Of a DNA stretch of 64,000 nt, positions 7,515 to 18,690 are shown one piece after another. Position numbers and translations under genes: made by a program. The notes beneath the pieces are model-generated. The model did no database searches and was not told where the DNA came from. It saw nothing but the letters and a program-made list of their open reading frames with translations. Position 1 is the first letter of the stretch. Each line of letters opens with the position of its first letter. Source of the stretch: Bacteroidota bacterium (GTDB taxonomy: Bacteria; Bacteroidota; Bacteroidia; UKL13-3); the NCBI GenBank assembly GCA_013298895.1, contig JAAFJM010000005.1, positions 106,229 to 170,228 on the forward strand. The letters run 5' to 3'.

Positions 7515-10500
7515 ATGGTTAAAAAAATTTACTTAATAATTTTAGTGTTGCTTGCAACATTAAAAATTTCAGCCCAAACTTGTACTATTATTGCCAATTC
7601 AAATTTAGTATGCCTTGGCAATGCCATAAATTTTAGCGCAACTTTTACACAAGGCTTAACTCCTAGCATTTATGAATGGAATTTTGGGAATGGCGTTACC
7701 AATAATCAAGCTAGTCCTACCTATAACTACCCTAATACAGGTAACTTTACACCAACCTTGAAAATTACTTTTACCAACAATTCGCAGTGCGTGGTAAATG
7801 GAAGCAATATTCAAGTGGTGGCACTGCCTATTGCCGATTTTGTAATAACTACTGCTACACGCCAATGTTTTAAAGGCAATAGTGTTTGTGTAAATGATTT
7901 ATCAAAACCAGGACCAAGCGGAAGTCCATTGAATATTCGTACTTTTTTATGGGGAGATGGTGGTTTTGATGTAAGTCCAATAAGTAATAAAAACTTTTGT
8001 AATACCTATACAAACAGCGCTGGTAGTACTAACTCACTCGTACTTGAGGTTACCGATGCCAATGGCTGTTTAACACGACTTGAAAAAAACAATGCCATTG
8101 TTATTTTACCCAAATCGGATGCCATTAGTTTTGTAACACAATACAATGTAAAATGCAATACCACTCCAGTTACATTTTTAAATACTTCCATTTTATCACA
8201 ATCAAAGGTTAAGAAATTTACTTGGGATTTTGGTGATGGTACCATTGATTCGTCAAGTACCAAATGGAATAATTTTATACATAATTATACTATTGGAGGT
8301 TATTTTTCACCACGATTAATCGTTACCGATTTAAATGATTGTAAAGATACTTTTGTATTGGTTAATGGAGCCCAAAATCTTAAATTAGATGACAAAATTA
8401 CAATTACCAATGTAGATAAATGTTTTAGTAAACAAGATTATTCTTTTTCAGTACCAGGCTCATCAGGGGCAAATATTTATTGGTCTATTTACGATGAAAA
8501 AGGCAAAATATTTGACACCATATACAATACAGCATATATACAATTGGCCAACAAAAAATTTAATTGTGGTTGGTACAAAGTAAACATGTATGCCAGTGCT
8601 GGCAGTTGTAATATAAAAGCAGATACTTTAGTTGAAGTTTTTGGCCCTAATACTATTTTAGCCAATGATACAGTTAGACCATTAAATGAAAACCAGTGTA
8701 ATCCTAACGATACTGTTTTTTTTAGAGTTCCTCCTCCTGAAATTTCATGTTTTTATAAAAATGTAACCAATTGGCTTTGGGACTTTGGTGATGGTTTTGC
8801 ACCTCCTTGTACCACTGATACTAAAAACGGAATTAATGTAGGTGTAAATTGTAGGTATAGTAAAGATAGCACTAATATCAAACACAAATACAATCCAACA
8901 AAACCAGATTGTTATAATGTAAAACTATTAATTACCGACCCTATAAAAAATTGTAGTGACCTTGATTCTTCATTGGTAATATTAAGTAGCCCCAACGCAA
9001 AACCTAATTTACCAACACGCAGAGGATTATACTATTACACCATTCCTCCTGGTAAAGCAGGACCACCACAAAATTGTTTTTCAAGTACCTTTGTATTTCA
9101 ATACGAAGAAACCTTACCCGATTGCGGCAGAGAAAGAGTATGGATTAACCTAGATTCGGCTGCTGGAAAAAACAGATGGGACTCTGTATATCCTAAAGAA
9201 AATTTTCACATTACGAGGTATTCAAATACTGCAGATCCTAACGGATGGGTTACAGTTGGTTTAATCATTAAAAATGGCATTTGTTACGATACCGCTTGGT
9301 ATCACAATATGTTTCAGCTACTCAAAATAAAACCTCAGTTTAAGGCAACGGTAGAAGGAAAATGCCCTCCTTATAAAGTTACAGTTAATTTAATTGACTC
9401 CATACAAGATAGCATAGTTACCGCACGAATAAGTTTTAATGGTATTGACAGTGTTCAAAACTTAGCTTTAACAGACTCGGTTATAAACCAGAAAGTGGGG
9501 TACTTTAATTCAATGGGAATTAAAACAATACGTGTTACATTAACCAATGCCAAAGGCTGTAGCCAAGTTTACGACACTTTGCTATACCTTGGCTTTTATA
9601 AAGATTTAGCCATACCAAAACCAATAGGTTGTTTTAAAGATTCAATTCAATTTTTAGAGGTAGTGGATTATTATTCTAAAACTACCAACTATTGGAAACA
9701 ACCCGCGAGAGCAATTGCTAATAAAGAAAAGTTGTGGTGGAACTTTGGAGATACGAATGTATTTGTAGCGGGAGGCAGTTCACCAAAATATAAATTTAGT
9801 AGACCGGGCAATTTTTTAGTAAAAATTGCAATTCAAGATAGTCTTGGATGCAGAGATACTATGATAGCTAGGCAAACAATAAAAATAGTAGATGTAAAGG
9901 CTAATATTTTACCTATTAGTGCTAACTTAATTTGTGCTCCTAAAATTATTCCATTTAAAGACAATTCAAAAGTTATTGACTCATCAGCATTATATGGCAA
10001 TAGTAGCTACGACAACATCATTTCTTGGAGTTGGGACTTTGGGGATTTAAAAGCCAAATCATTATTAAAAGATCCTCTTCATGACTATACAAGTAATGAT
10101 TCTTTTATGGTTACACACATAGTAAAAACTACAGCTGGATGCACCGATACTGTATTTTTACCTTTAATTATTAAAGGCCCCAAACCTAAATATCTTTTTT
10201 CAAGTGGAGATACATTAGGATGCGCCCCTGTTAAACTAAAACTAAATAATACAACAGGAAAACAAATTAAAAGTTGGCAATGGACAGTAAATGGTCCGTT
10301 AAACTTCATTATCTCAACTGATAAAGACACTGCAACAGATTTTTCGTTGGTAAAAGCAGGGAAATATAGAATTTTATTATTAGGAACTGACTCATTGGTA
10401 AATGAAGTAACTGGACAAACTGTTTATTGCACATCTGTTTACCCCGATACTTTAAACCCAAGTCAAAAGCCTGTTTATGTAACCGTTTACGACAAACCTT

Positions 10501-11300
10501 TAGTAAATTTAATTGGGCCTGATACTATTTGTCCAAACCAAAATTTCTCAATAATAGCAAGGGCGGATACCATTTATAATCAATTTTTATGGCAGGTAAG
10601 TGATGGATTTACGGCACCACTAAAACCAAAAACTGATACAGTATTCACTCATAGTATTAAAGATACCGGAAACTTTATTATAACTATGATTCCAAGTACG
10701 TCTGTGAAAATTTCATGTTTGGATACTGGCTATCATGCAATTTATGTTAGCAATATTAAAGCTAATTTTGACATTGATGATACCAAATCACCCTTGTATT
10801 CTTTTATAAATAAATCAACTAATGCTGTAAGTTATAATTGGAATTTTGGACAACCAAATTCAGGATCTGAAAATAGTTCAAACATTCAAAACCCAAGTCA
10901 TGATTATAAAAACTTAAACGATAGTTTTAAAATTTGTTTAGTAGTAAAAAATGCAGGCGATTGTTATGATACAGCATGTAAAGTAATATTGCCAGTAGCA
11001 CGTTTAATAAATGTGCCAAATGTGTTTACACCCAATAACGATGGCATAAACGATGCTTTTGATATAGATATTTTCGGAGAATTTGAGTACAATTTAAAAA
11101 TATTTAACCGTTGGGGAGGTAAAGTTTTTGAAGGAACTAAAGATGGTAAAGGAAATGATGGCATTAATTGGAATGGAAAAACAGATAATGATGGATATCC
11201 TAATCCTGACGGTGTTTATTACTATACCTTTAAATACAAATTTAACAGTACGGAACCCGAAAGAACTTTACATGGAAGTATCACATTAATTCGTGAATAA
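7515..11300 (+). CDS. PKD-repeat surface protein with T9SS type B (gliding-motility-associated) C-terminal sorting domain
   Basis: Signal peptide. Repeated W(N/D)FG(D/N)G PKD signatures throughout. C-terminus VPNVFTPNNDGINDAFDI...FNRWGGKVFEG...GVYYYTF is characteristic of the CHU_C / T9SS type B sorting domain. Confidence 0.8.
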   Translation: MVKKIYLIILVLLATLKISAQTCTIIANSNLVCLGNAINFSATFTQGLTPSIYEWNFGNGVTNNQASPTYNYPNTGNFTPTLKITFTNNSQCVVNGSNIQVVALPIADFVITTATRQCFKGNSVCVNDLSKPGPSGSPLNIRTFLWGDGGFDVSPISNKNFCNTYTNSAGSTNSLVLEVTDANGCLTRLEKNNAIVILPKSDAISFVTQYNVKCNTTPVTFLNTSILSQSKVKKFTWDFGDGTIDSSSTKWNNFIHNYTIGGYFSPRLIVTDLNDCKDTFVLVNGAQNLKLDDKITITNVDKCFSKQDYSFSVPGSSGANIYWSIYDEKGKIFDTIYNTAYIQLANKKFNCGWYKVNMYASAGSCNIKADTLVEVFGPNTILANDTVRPLNENQCNPNDTVFFRVPPPEISCFYKNVTNWLWDFGDGFAPPCTTDTKNGINVGVNCRYSKDSTNIKHKYNPTKPDCYNVKLLITDPIKNCSDLDSSLVILSSPNAKPNLPTRRGLYYYTIPPGKAGPPQNCFSSTFVFQYEETLPDCGRERVWINLDSAAGKNRWDSVYPKENFHITRYSNTADPNGWVTVGLIIKNGICYDTAWYHNMFQLLKIKPQFKATVEGKCPPYKVTVNLIDSIQDSIVTARISFNGIDSVQNLALTDSVINQKVGYFNSMGIKTIRVTLTNAKGCSQVYDTLLYLGFYKDLAIPKPIGCFKDSIQFLEVVDYYSKTTNYWKQPARAIANKEKLWWNFGDTNVFVAGGSSPKYKFSRPGNFLVKIAIQDSLGCRDTMIARQTIKIVDVKANILPISANLICAPKIIPFKDNSKVIDSSALYGNSSYDNIISWSWDFGDLKAKSLLKDPLHDYTSNDSFMVTHIVKTTAGCTDTVFLPLIIKGPKPKYLFSSGDTLGCAPVKLKLNNTTGKQIKSWQWTVNGPLNFIISTDKDTATDFSLVKAGKYRILLLGTDSLVNEVTGQTVYCTSVYPDTLNPSQKPVYVTVYDKPLVNLIGPDTICPNQNFSIIARADTIYNQFLWQVSDGFTAPLKPKTDTVFTHSIKDTGNFIITMIPSTSVKISCLDTGYHAIYVSNIKANFDIDDTKSPLYSFINKSTNAVSYNWNFGQPNSGSENSSNIQNPSHDYKNLNDSFKICLVVKNAGDCYDTACKVILPVARLINVPNVFTPNNDGINDAFDIDIFGEFEYNLKIFNRWGGKVFEGTKDGKGNDGINWNGKTDNDGYPNPDGVYYYTFKYKFNSTEPERTLHGSITLIRE

Positions 11301-11309
11301 AAATATTAT

Positions 11310-11663
11310 ATGACTAATGAACACATAGCTTTAAAATGGTTTGAAGCGTTTAACAACCATAATCTTGATAATTTATTAAACTTATACAGTGAAAATGCCA
11401 AACACTATAGTCCTAAGTTAAAGGTAAGACAACCAGAAACTAATGGCTTAATAGTTGGTAAAAATGCACTTAGAGTTTGGTGGGCTGATGCTTTTAAACG
11501 TTTGACTAATTTACATTATGAAGTAACATCACTAACCGCAAACAATAACCGGGTTTTTATGGAATACATAAGAAAGGTACCCAATGAAGAGGAAATCTTA
11601 GTGGCCGAAGTACTTGAAATTGAAGATGGTTTAATAGTTGCATCAAGGGTTTACCATGGATAA
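11310..11663 (+). CDS. NTF2-like / SnoaL-like small protein
   Basis: 117 aa, cytoplasmic. The pattern ALKWFEAFNNHNLDNLLNLYSENAKHYSP...ASRVYHG is typical of the NTF2-like superfamily. Confidence 0.5.
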   Translation: MTNEHIALKWFEAFNNHNLDNLLNLYSENAKHYSPKLKVRQPETNGLIVGKNALRVWWADAFKRLTNLHYEVTSLTANNNRVFMEYIRKVPNEEEILVAEVLEIEDGLIVASRVYHG

Positions 11664-11675
11664 ATTAATTGAATA

Positions 11676-12185
11676 GTGAAATCTTCAATTTTATTATTCC
11701 TTATGCTGCTCATATTTGTTTTTAGCAGCTGTCAAAAGCGGTATTGGTATAGGTCTTTTGTATGGGGTTCTGACAAAAATTTAGTCCCTGCTAATATTGT
11801 AATAAACAATAGCAGCACTCAATTACTTAATAAAGCTTTTGAAGATGAAATATTAACTGCCTGCAAAAAACAATTGCAAAAAAAAGGCTTCAAAATCTCA
11901 ACAAAAAAAGCAGCCTTCACCTTTGAATTAAACATTAAAGTTGACAAATTTTCAGTAAGCGGTTTAGCATATTATGGTGGAGAAAAAACATATTTATACC
12001 CCTACTACGACAAAGATGTAAAAGCAATATTATTAGATTGCTACTTATTCGAAACTAAAAAAGATTTACGTTGGAAGGTATGGGAAAATAGTAATGATTT
12101 ATATTTTTTTGGTAAACAAAAGCGTGATATGAGAAGAACAAAAAGTATGGTTAAATATTTAATTAGGAGCGCCAAGCAAAAATGA
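11676..12185 (+). CDS. Hypothetical lipoprotein
   Basis: Signal peptide with lipobox (VFSSCQ). No recognisable domain. Confidence 0.4.
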   Translation: MKSSILLFLMLLIFVFSSCQKRYWYRSFVWGSDKNLVPANIVINNSSTQLLNKAFEDEILTACKKQLQKKGFKISTKKAAFTFELNIKVDKFSVSGLAYYGGEKTYLYPYYDKDVKAILLDCYLFETKKDLRWKVWENSNDLYFFGKQKRDMRRTKSMVKYLIRSAKQK

Positions 12186-12883
12186 AAAATTTACTAAAAT
12201 TAATCTTGGTATTATTTGTAATATCAAATAATGCCTATGCACAAACAGAGAAACTATTAGATAAAGTAAAGAAACAATCTGCAAGTATTAAATCTGGCTC
12301 CTATATAGTAACCAAACGATTCAAATATTTTGATTTTAATGAAACAAAAACAGCAAAATTAGCTGTTCAATTTTGCGAACTAAAAAACACCACACTTTGT
12401 ATAATTAACGATTTAGAAAATGAAGAAATTATGTATTTTGACACTTCAAAGTATGTGTATCACTTTAGTAAAAAGGATTCAATTTTAAGAATTTTAATAG
12501 CATATAATCCAAACCAAGATTTACTTTATCGCTATATGCAACCATATGGATATCCTGCTATTTACCCATCTAATTTAAAAAATACCCAAATATTAAATTC
12601 AAAAACATTATGTACCTTAGTTGACACTAATTTTGATAATGAAAATGGAATATTTAGAAATGAAAAATTTGAATTCACGGTTGATAAAAAGCTAAATACA
12701 ATTATAAATTATAAAACCTATTTAGAAATGAGAGCCTATAATGGCAGTTATAACAATCAAAGAATAGAAGAAAGCATTACAAATGTTAAACTAAATAATT
12801 TTAAAGCACCTAAATTTTTAAAAAAAATAAAGCTAGAAATGAGCAGATTACCCATTAAAAGAAAAATGCTAATGGGTTACTAA
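12182..12883 (+). CDS. Hypothetical secreted protein
   Basis: N-terminal signal peptide (ISNNAYAQ). 4-bp overlap with the upstream gene. Confidence 0.4.
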   Translation: MKNLLKLILVLFVISNNAYAQTEKLLDKVKKQSASIKSGSYIVTKRFKYFDFNETKTAKLAVQFCELKNTTLCIINDLENEEIMYFDTSKYVYHFSKKDSILRILIAYNPNQDLLYRYMQPYGYPAIYPSNLKNTQILNSKTLCTLVDTNFDNENGIFRNEKFEFTVDKKLNTIINYKTYLEMRAYNGSYNNQRIEESITNVKLNNFKAPKFLKKIKLEMSRLPIKRKMLMGY

Positions 12884-12892
12884 TAATTCATT

Positions 12893-12934
12893 AAACAAAA
12901 AAGCCAACAGAATTAACTGTTGGCTTTTTTATTT
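12893..12934. terminator. Bidirectional rho-independent terminator
   Basis: AAGCCAACAG-aattaa-CTGTTGGCTT hairpin flanked by an A-run and a T-run, between the convergent genes ending at 12883 (+) and 12954 (-). Confidence 0.7.
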
Positions 12935-12953
12935 TAAAATGAAATATATGATA

Positions 12954-14867
12954 CTATTTTACTTCTTCAAAAGTAGCATCTTGTGTATTACTATCTGCCG
13001 ACCCTGCATTAGCATCTGAACCTGCTTCAGCACCATTGGCTTCAGCATTTTGAGTTGCTTTATACATATCTTCGCTAGCGGCAGCCCAAGCTGTATTTAA
13101 AGCTTCTAAAGCAGCATCAATTCTAGGTAAGTCTTTAGCTGAATGTGCAGCTTTTAATTCTTCTAAACCTTTTTCAATCGCCTCTTTTTTCTCTACCGGA
13201 ATTTTCTCGCCATATTCTTTTAACTGTTTTTCAGTTTGGAATATTAAGCTATCTGCCATATTGATTTTTTCAGCTTCTTCTTTTGCTTGTTTATCGGCAT
13301 CTGCATTGGCTTCTGCTTCAGCTTTCATGCGTTTAATATCATCATCGCTTAAACCTGAAGATGCTTCGATACGAATTTTTTGCTCTTTTCCAGTTCCTTT
13401 ATCTTTTGCACTTACATGTAAAATACCGTTAGCATCAATATCAAAAATAACTTCTACTTGAGGTACTCCGCGAGGTGCAGGAGGAATGCCATCTAAGTGG
13501 AAACGACCTAAACTTCTGTTTTGCGCTGCCATTGGACGCTCACCTTGTAAAACATGAATTTCTACACTTGGTTGGTTATCGCTAGCTGTACTAAATGTTT
13601 CCGATTTTTTTGTTGGAATAGTTGTGTTTGCATCAATTAATTTGGTAAAAACACCACCCATAGTTTCAATACCTAAACTTAAAGGAGTTACGTCTAATAA
13701 TAAAACGTCTTTTACCTCGCCAGTTAATACACCACCTTGAATGGCAGCTCCAATAGCTACTACTTCATCAGGATTTACACCTTTTGATGCTGCTTTGCCA
13801 AAGTATTTTTCTACCGCTTCTTGAATAGCAGGAATACGGGTTGAACCACCTACTAAAATAATTTCATCTATATCGCTTGTGCTGTAACCAGCATTTTTCA
13901 ATGCAGTTTTACATGGCTCAATAGTACGTTTGATTAAGCTATCAGCTAATTGCTCAAATTTAGCACGAGTTAATGTTTTAACTAAATGTTTTGGAATTCC
14001 ATCAACAGGAATAATATAAGGTAAATTAACCTCAGTTTGAGTTGAACTTGAAAGTTCAATTTTTGCTTTTTCAGCAGCTTCTTTCAAACGTTGTAAAGCC
14101 ATTGGGTCTTTACGCAAATCAATACCTTCATCGTTTTTAAACTCATCTGCCAACCAATCAATGATTACTTGGTCAAAATCGTCACCACCTAGGTGAGTAT
14201 CACCATCAGTACTTTTTACTTCAAAAGTTCCAGTTCCATCTACATCGTACATTTCTAAAACAGAAACGTCATGTGTTCCACCACCACAATCAAAAACTAC
14301 TACTTTAATGTCTTTTTTGCTTGCTTTATCTAATCCATAAGCTAATGCAGCTGCGGTTGGCTCGTTGATAATACGTTTAACAGTTAAGCCTGCAATTTCG
14401 CCAGCTTCTTTAGTTGCCTGACGTTGTGCATCGTTAAAGTATGCAGGAACAGTAATAACTGCTTCTTTTACTTCATAACCTAAATAATCTTCAGCAGTTT
14501 TTTTCATTTTTTGTAAAACCATTGCTGAAATTTCTTGTGGAGTATATAATCTTCCGTCAATGTCAACACGAGGAGTATTATTGTCACCTTTTTTAACAGT
14601 GTACGACATACGACTAATTTCTGTAGAAACTTGGTCGAATGTGTTACCCATAAAACGTTTAATAGAAGAAATGGTGTTTTTAGGATTAGTAACTGCCTGA
14701 CGTTTTGCAGGATCACCAATTTTACGTTCACCATCTTTAATAAATGCTACAATTGAAGGAGTCGTTCTACGTCCTTCGCTGTTGGCAATAACCACGGGTT
14801 CGTTGCCTTCCATTACCGCAACGCACGAGTTGGTTGTTCCTAAATCTATACCTATTATTTTACTCAT
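12954..14867 (-). CDS. dnaK: Molecular chaperone DnaK (Hsp70)
   Basis: [18 protein letters not shown]..., DLGGGTFD-like and other Hsp70 signatures throughout, C-terminal lid. The ORF track extends 11 codons upstream; I take the start at the conserved [10 protein letters not shown]. Confidence 0.95.
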   Translation of the reverse strand: MSKIIGIDLGTTNSCVAVMEGNEPVVIANSEGRRTTPSIVAFIKDGERKIGDPAKRQAVTNPKNTISSIKRFMGNTFDQVSTEISRMSYTVKKGDNNTPRVDIDGRLYTPQEISAMVLQKMKKTAEDYLGYEVKEAVITVPAYFNDAQRQATKEAGEIAGLTVKRIINEPTAAALAYGLDKASKKDIKVVVFDCGGGTHDVSVLEMYDVDGTGTFEVKSTDGDTHLGGDDFDQVIIDWLADEFKNDEGIDLRKDPMALQRLKEAAEKAKIELSSSTQTEVNLPYIIPVDGIPKHLVKTLTRAKFEQLADSLIKRTIEPCKTALKNAGYSTSDIDEIILVGGSTRIPAIQEAVEKYFGKAASKGVNPDEVVAIGAAIQGGVLTGEVKDVLLLDVTPLSLGIETMGGVFTKLIDANTTIPTKKSETFSTASDNQPSVEIHVLQGERPMAAQNRSLGRFHLDGIPPAPRGVPQVEVIFDIDANGILHVSAKDKGTGKEQKIRIEASSGLSDDDIKRMKAEAEANADADKQAKEEAEKINMADSLIFQTEKQLKEYGEKIPVEKKEAIEKGLEELKAAHSAKDLPRIDAALEALNTAWAAASEDMYKATQNAEANGAEAGSDANAGSADSNTQDATFEEVK

Positions 14868-14964
14868 AATTTTGTTTGTTATTTTCTCCTTCAGTGTCAA
14901 TCATAATGCCAAGCCAAAAAATGACAATCTAACTAAAAAATTGGCTTGTTTTTTAACTTTTAGG

Positions 14965-14993
14965 CAAAAAAATAGCTGCCTTTTGGCAGCTAT
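14965..14993 (-). terminator. Rho-independent terminator for the lipoprotein gene
   Basis: ATAGCTGCC-tttt-GGCAGCTAT hairpin with an A-run on the plus strand (T-run on the minus strand), downstream of the stop at 15020. Confidence 0.6.
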
Positions 14994-15019
14994 TATGACA
15001 TATTTAGTTTAGTGAAATT

Positions 15020-16003
15020 CTATTGCTGAAATTGCGGTAAAGCTTTAATTATAGCAATGCCACCGTTATCTACTGTTATAGCAGATTGTATATTAATAGT
15101 TCGAGCAGCAAATAAACCCAATGCACCACCTTTAATGTTTGTATAGTCAGTTCGCTTTTGAACAAATGAAATATTAGGTTTACTTACTTCTTGGATATCT
15201 AATAAGTCTGCACTAGCTCCCCAAGTAACATATTCAACACCAACATATTGTCTGATTACATTGTTAGATTGAGTTTCAAAATAAGCTCTCCAATCTTTTA
15301 AAACATCAGGTGATTTAATTAGAAATGAAACAATTGAATTAGGTTGGTATTTAGCAGTTTCATCACTAGATTGTACGTAGTAATCATAAAATTTCTCTTC
15401 AAAAGCGGTTGGATTTGATAAAGGAGCCTCTAAGTATTTTAATCTTATTGCTGCATCAATAATAAAGGCCGAAGTATTTATTCTGTAACTAAATCTAAAT
15501 TTATTTGCACTGTTTTCTGAAATGGTAATATTGCGCGATTCTATAGCTTGATCACCAATTAGATTACACATAGCGGTATATTTATTACCTGTTAATGTAT
15601 TTATTACACTCAAATTGACACTTTGTATATCAGGATACTGCTTTAAATTGTAAACATCCGATTTATAAATGAAGTTTTTATCGTTGGCAAAAAAGCCTGC
15701 ATTCTTTGAAATTTCGTTTGTTCTATAGCAATTTATAGTGTCATTTGTAAATGCTCTAACTACAATTAGCTGCACTTTAATATTTTTAAGTTCCAACGAA
15801 TCAGAAATTTTAGAAGCTTCATTGGCTTTTACTTCAATAGAATTCTGAAACACCTTTTGAATTCTTAAATATTGTACAGTATCATTAATGTTAATAAAGC
15901 CGTAAATCACAGGTATTTCGCGGTAAGGAGCGTTTATTTCGAGCTTGTTATCACAAGAAATAAAGCCTAAAAGAACAATAATTATTAATATATTTTTTTT
16001 CAT
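15020..16003 (-). CDS. Hypothetical lipoprotein
   Basis: Lipoprotein signal (LGFISCDN). No recognised catalytic motif. Possibly a DUF4270-like Bacteroidota lipoprotein, a weak impression only. Confidence 0.4.
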   Translation of the reverse strand: MKKNILIIIVLLGFISCDNKLEINAPYREIPVIYGFININDTVQYLRIQKVFQNSIEVKANEASKISDSLELKNIKVQLIVVRAFTNDTINCYRTNEISKNAGFFANDKNFIYKSDVYNLKQYPDIQSVNLSVINTLTGNKYTAMCNLIGDQAIESRNITISENSANKFRFSYRINTSAFIIDAAIRLKYLEAPLSNPTAFEEKFYDYYVQSSDETAKYQPNSIVSFLIKSPDVLKDWRAYFETQSNNVIRQYVGVEYVTWGASADLLDIQEVSKPNISFVQKRTDYTNIKGGALGLFAARTINIQSAITVDNGGIAIIKALPQFQQ

Positions 16004-16081
16004 TTTGAGGTGGCAATATAGCTTTATGCTTTTAAATTCATTTTATGTATGACAAATAATTTTGATTAATGGTTTTATCTT

Positions 16082-16089
16082 TACATTTG
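16082..16089 (+). promoter_or_regulatory. Bacteroidota -7 box TAcaTTTG upstream of panB
   Basis: TACATTTG about 20 nt upstream of the panB ATG. Matches the TAnnTTTG consensus. Confidence 0.3.
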
Positions 16090-16108
16090 AAAAATAAAAA
16101 AAATTACA

Positions 16109-16924
16109 ATGAGCGTTCATAAAGAGTATAAAAAAATAACTACCCACAGTTTACAAGAAATGAAAATACGTGACGAAAAAATTAGCATGCTTACTGCTTA
16201 CGACTACAGCATGGCTAAAATTTTTGACGAAGCCAAAATTGATGTATTATTGGTGGGCGATAGTGCAAGCAATGTAATGCATGGCCACGAAACTACTTTA
16301 CCCATCACATTAGATGAAATGATAAGCCATGCCGCAGCTGTTATTAGAGCCGTTAACCGCTGCCTAGTAGTGGTGGATTTACCTTTTGGAAGTTATCAAG
16401 GTAACTCAAAGGAAGCTTTAAACTCTTCAATCAGAATCATGAAAGAATCCGAGGCGCATGCAGTTAAATTAGAGGGTGGCGAAGAAGTGGTAGAATCTAT
16501 CAAACGTATATTAACTGCCGGAATACCTGTTATGGGCCATTTGGGTTTGACACCACAAAGTATTTATAAATTTGGAACTTATGAAGTTAGGGCAAAAGAA
16601 GATGCTGAAGCACAGAAACTATTACACGATGCTAAATTATTAGAAGAAGCAGGTTGTTTTGCTTTGGTTTTAGAAAAAATTCCATCAAAATTGGCAAAGC
16701 AAGTAACTGAATTGGTGAAAATTCCGGTAATTGGAATTGGTGCAGGTTCTGATGTGGATGGCCAAGTTTTGGTAAGCCACGATTTATTGGGCATTAACAA
16801 AGATTTTTCACCTAAGTTTTTACGCAGGTATTTAAACTTATTTGATGAAATTAAAGGTGCAGTTGAGCAATACATAGCTGATGTAAAATCGGTTGATTTC
16901 CCGAATGAGAAAGAGCAGTATTAA
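16109..16924 (+). CDS. panB: 3-methyl-2-oxobutanoate hydroxymethyltransferase
   Basis: [45 protein letters not shown] and VKLEGG are canonical PanB motifs. Confidence 0.9.
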   Translation: MSVHKEYKKITTHSLQEMKIRDEKISMLTAYDYSMAKIFDEAKIDVLLVGDSASNVMHGHETTLPITLDEMISHAAAVIRAVNRCLVVVDLPFGSYQGNSKEALNSSIRIMKESEAHAVKLEGGEEVVESIKRILTAGIPVMGHLGLTPQSIYKFGTYEVRAKEDAEAQKLLHDAKLLEEAGCFALVLEKIPSKLAKQVTELVKIPVIGIGAGSDVDGQVLVSHDLLGINKDFSPKFLRRYLNLFDEIKGAVEQYIADVKSVDFPNEKEQY

Positions 16925-16976
16925 TGAGTGCGGAGTTCGAAGTGACAAAAGTGCGAAGTGAAATGCTAAATGAATT

Positions 16977-17011
16977 AGCAATTAGCAATTGGCAATAAGC
17001 AATTGGCAAAA
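16977..17011. repeat. Heptanucleotide simple sequence repeat (5 tandem units of RGCAATW)
   Basis: AGCAATT AGCAATT GGCAATA AGCAATT GGCAAAA, sitting 27 bp upstream of the ATG at 17038. A second imperfect repeat of AGTGCG(A)AGT(T)CGAAGTGA lies at 16927-16960. Confidence 0.6.
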
Positions 17012-17037
17012 GTTTGACTACTCAGTAAAAATAAATT

Positions 17038-17634
17038 ATGAAATTTAAGAATTTAGTTCAATTGAAGTTTTGCTTGCTTCTAAGTTTGTTAGTTGTATAC
17101 ATTGCTGCAAATGCCAATGAAATTGACAGCTTGAAAACGGATAAACAAGTTTTGGCATTTATAAAAAAACTATCTCCTAAAGACGAAAGAATAGGTGGAA
17201 CAAGTTTTAATGCTCATAATAGTTATGATTCAAAAACGCAAAAAACGGCTGATTCATTAGGAGTTAAAAATTGGATAAAAATTGACTTTGACCAAAATGG
17301 CGAAACAGATTTGATTGCATTTAATTTGTATGATTTGCAGCAAATAGTCGCTGTTTTTTCAATAAATGGAAAGTACAAAAAAATTAATTCTACTTGGAGT
17401 GTTGGTTTTAAATATCCACTTACTTATCCAATTATTAAAAATATTGACAGTAAAAATTTGATTTTAATTTACCACAATCAAAGAACAAGTAATAGAATAA
17501 AATTAGGAGAAGATTTAAATTATACTCCAATTGAATGCGATACTATTATGTTTGAAGATGGGATGTTTTTAAATTATTATAAAAATCCTCAAAAACATAT
17601 AGTTGAAAGCCTTAGTATAAAAAAGCTATTATAA
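17038..17634 (+). CDS. Hypothetical secreted protein
   Basis: Signal peptide (AANANE). No recognisable domain. Confidence 0.35.
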   Translation: MKFKNLVQLKFCLLLSLLVVYIAANANEIDSLKTDKQVLAFIKKLSPKDERIGGTSFNAHNSYDSKTQKTADSLGVKNWIKIDFDQNGETDLIAFNLYDLQQIVAVFSINGKYKKINSTWSVGFKYPLTYPIIKNIDSKNLILIYHNQRTSNRIKLGEDLNYTPIECDTIMFEDGMFLNYYKNPQKHIVESLSIKKLL

Positions 17635-17650
17635 TGATGTTGGCGGAGAA

Positions 17651-17983
17651 ATGAATATGGAAATTGATTTTATTAATCTGAAAGATAGTTGCTTTGAAAT
17701 TAGCTATAATTATTCCACTACATATCCGATTAAAGAAATATTTACCTATAAATTAACTCAATCTGAAATATTGAAAATTAAATATTTAATCGAGGGCTCT
17801 AATTTTCCAACACTAAATAATAATAATAAATATAATTTGAGCCACCATAATAAATATTCTATAGAAATAATTTATGACAATGGTAAAGTAAAAAAAATCG
17901 AAGACGTTGGAGGTGTTGTAAACTATAATTTTTCAGAAATTTATTTTATGATGTACAACTTCAATTGGCTAAAATCACAATAA
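17651..17983 (+). CDS. Hypothetical small protein
   Basis: 110-aa ORF immediately downstream. Asn/Tyr-rich. No homology recognised. Confidence 0.3.
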   Translation: MNMEIDFINLKDSCFEISYNYSTTYPIKEIFTYKLTQSEILKIKYLIEGSNFPTLNNNNKYNLSHHNKYSIEIIYDNGKVKKIEDVGGVVNYNFSEIYFMMYNFNWLKSQ

Positions 17984-18039
17984 CTCAATAAACCTTCTAA
18001 TCTTTCAATCTTGTAATTTTTCAATCTTTAAATCAAAAA

Positions 18040-18690
18040 ATGGTTCAAATCCTATACGAAGACAATCACTTAATAGCTGCTTTAAAACAAAGCGGACAAA
18101 CAGTTCAGCCTGAACCTAACAAACCTAAAAGTTTGGAAGAGGAGGTTAAACAATACATAAAGGTAAACGAAAATAAACCAGGCGAGGTATATTTAGGTGT
18201 AATTCATAGGATTGACATGCCCGTAAGTGGCTTGGTTTTATTTGCCAAAAGCAGTAAAGCCCTAGTGCGCATGAACGAAATTTTTCAAAAACGTGAAGTA
18301 GAAAAACATTATATAGCCAAAGTTCATAATACACCTCCAAGTGCTAAAGGCTTACTTACACATTGGCTACGCAGAGATGAAAATAAAAACTTTACCAAGG
18401 CCTTTGACGAAGAAGTTACCAAAGCCACCAAAGCACAATTAGAATATACTTTGCTAAAAAAAGAAGGTAAATTTAGCTGGCTCAAAATAAAATTATTAAC
18501 TGGACGAAAACACCAAATTAGGGCGCAGTTGGCTTATATTGGTTGCAGCATAGCTGGAGATGTAAAATATGGAGCACAAACACCAAACCGAAATGGCAGC
18601 ATTTGTTTACACTCTTTCAGTTTAAGTTTTATACACCCGGTAAAAAAAGAACCTATTTTAATTGAAACTGAAATGCCTACTTTTTTATAA
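18040..18690 (+). CDS. RluA-family RNA pseudouridine synthase
   Basis: ILYEDNHLIAALKQSG and the HRIDMPVSGLVLFAKS catalytic Asp motif. Confidence 0.8.
   Translation: MVQILYEDNHLIAALKQSGQTVQPEPNKPKSLEEEVKQYIKVNENKPGEVYLGVIHRIDMPVSGLVLFAKSSKALVRMNEIFQKREVEKHYIAKVHNTPPSAKGLLTHWLRRDENKNFTKAFDEEVTKATKAQLEYTLLKKEGKFSWLKIKLLTGRKHQIRAQLAYIGCSIAGDVKYGAQTPNRNGSICLHSFSLSFIHPVKKEPILIETEMPTFL

Noticed and set aside
13261-13461. 66-aa ORF antisense to dnaK, and similar small ORFs inside pyc (32945-33376, 33522-33725, 35876-36127), the PKD gene and the GH genes
   Set aside because: All are embedded antisense or out of frame within long conserved genes. Ser/Ala/Leu-rich translations are typical of spurious frames.
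16579-16875. 98-aa minus-strand ORF overlapping panB
   Set aside because: It is antisense to a canonical panB with full-length conservation, and is a spurious frame.
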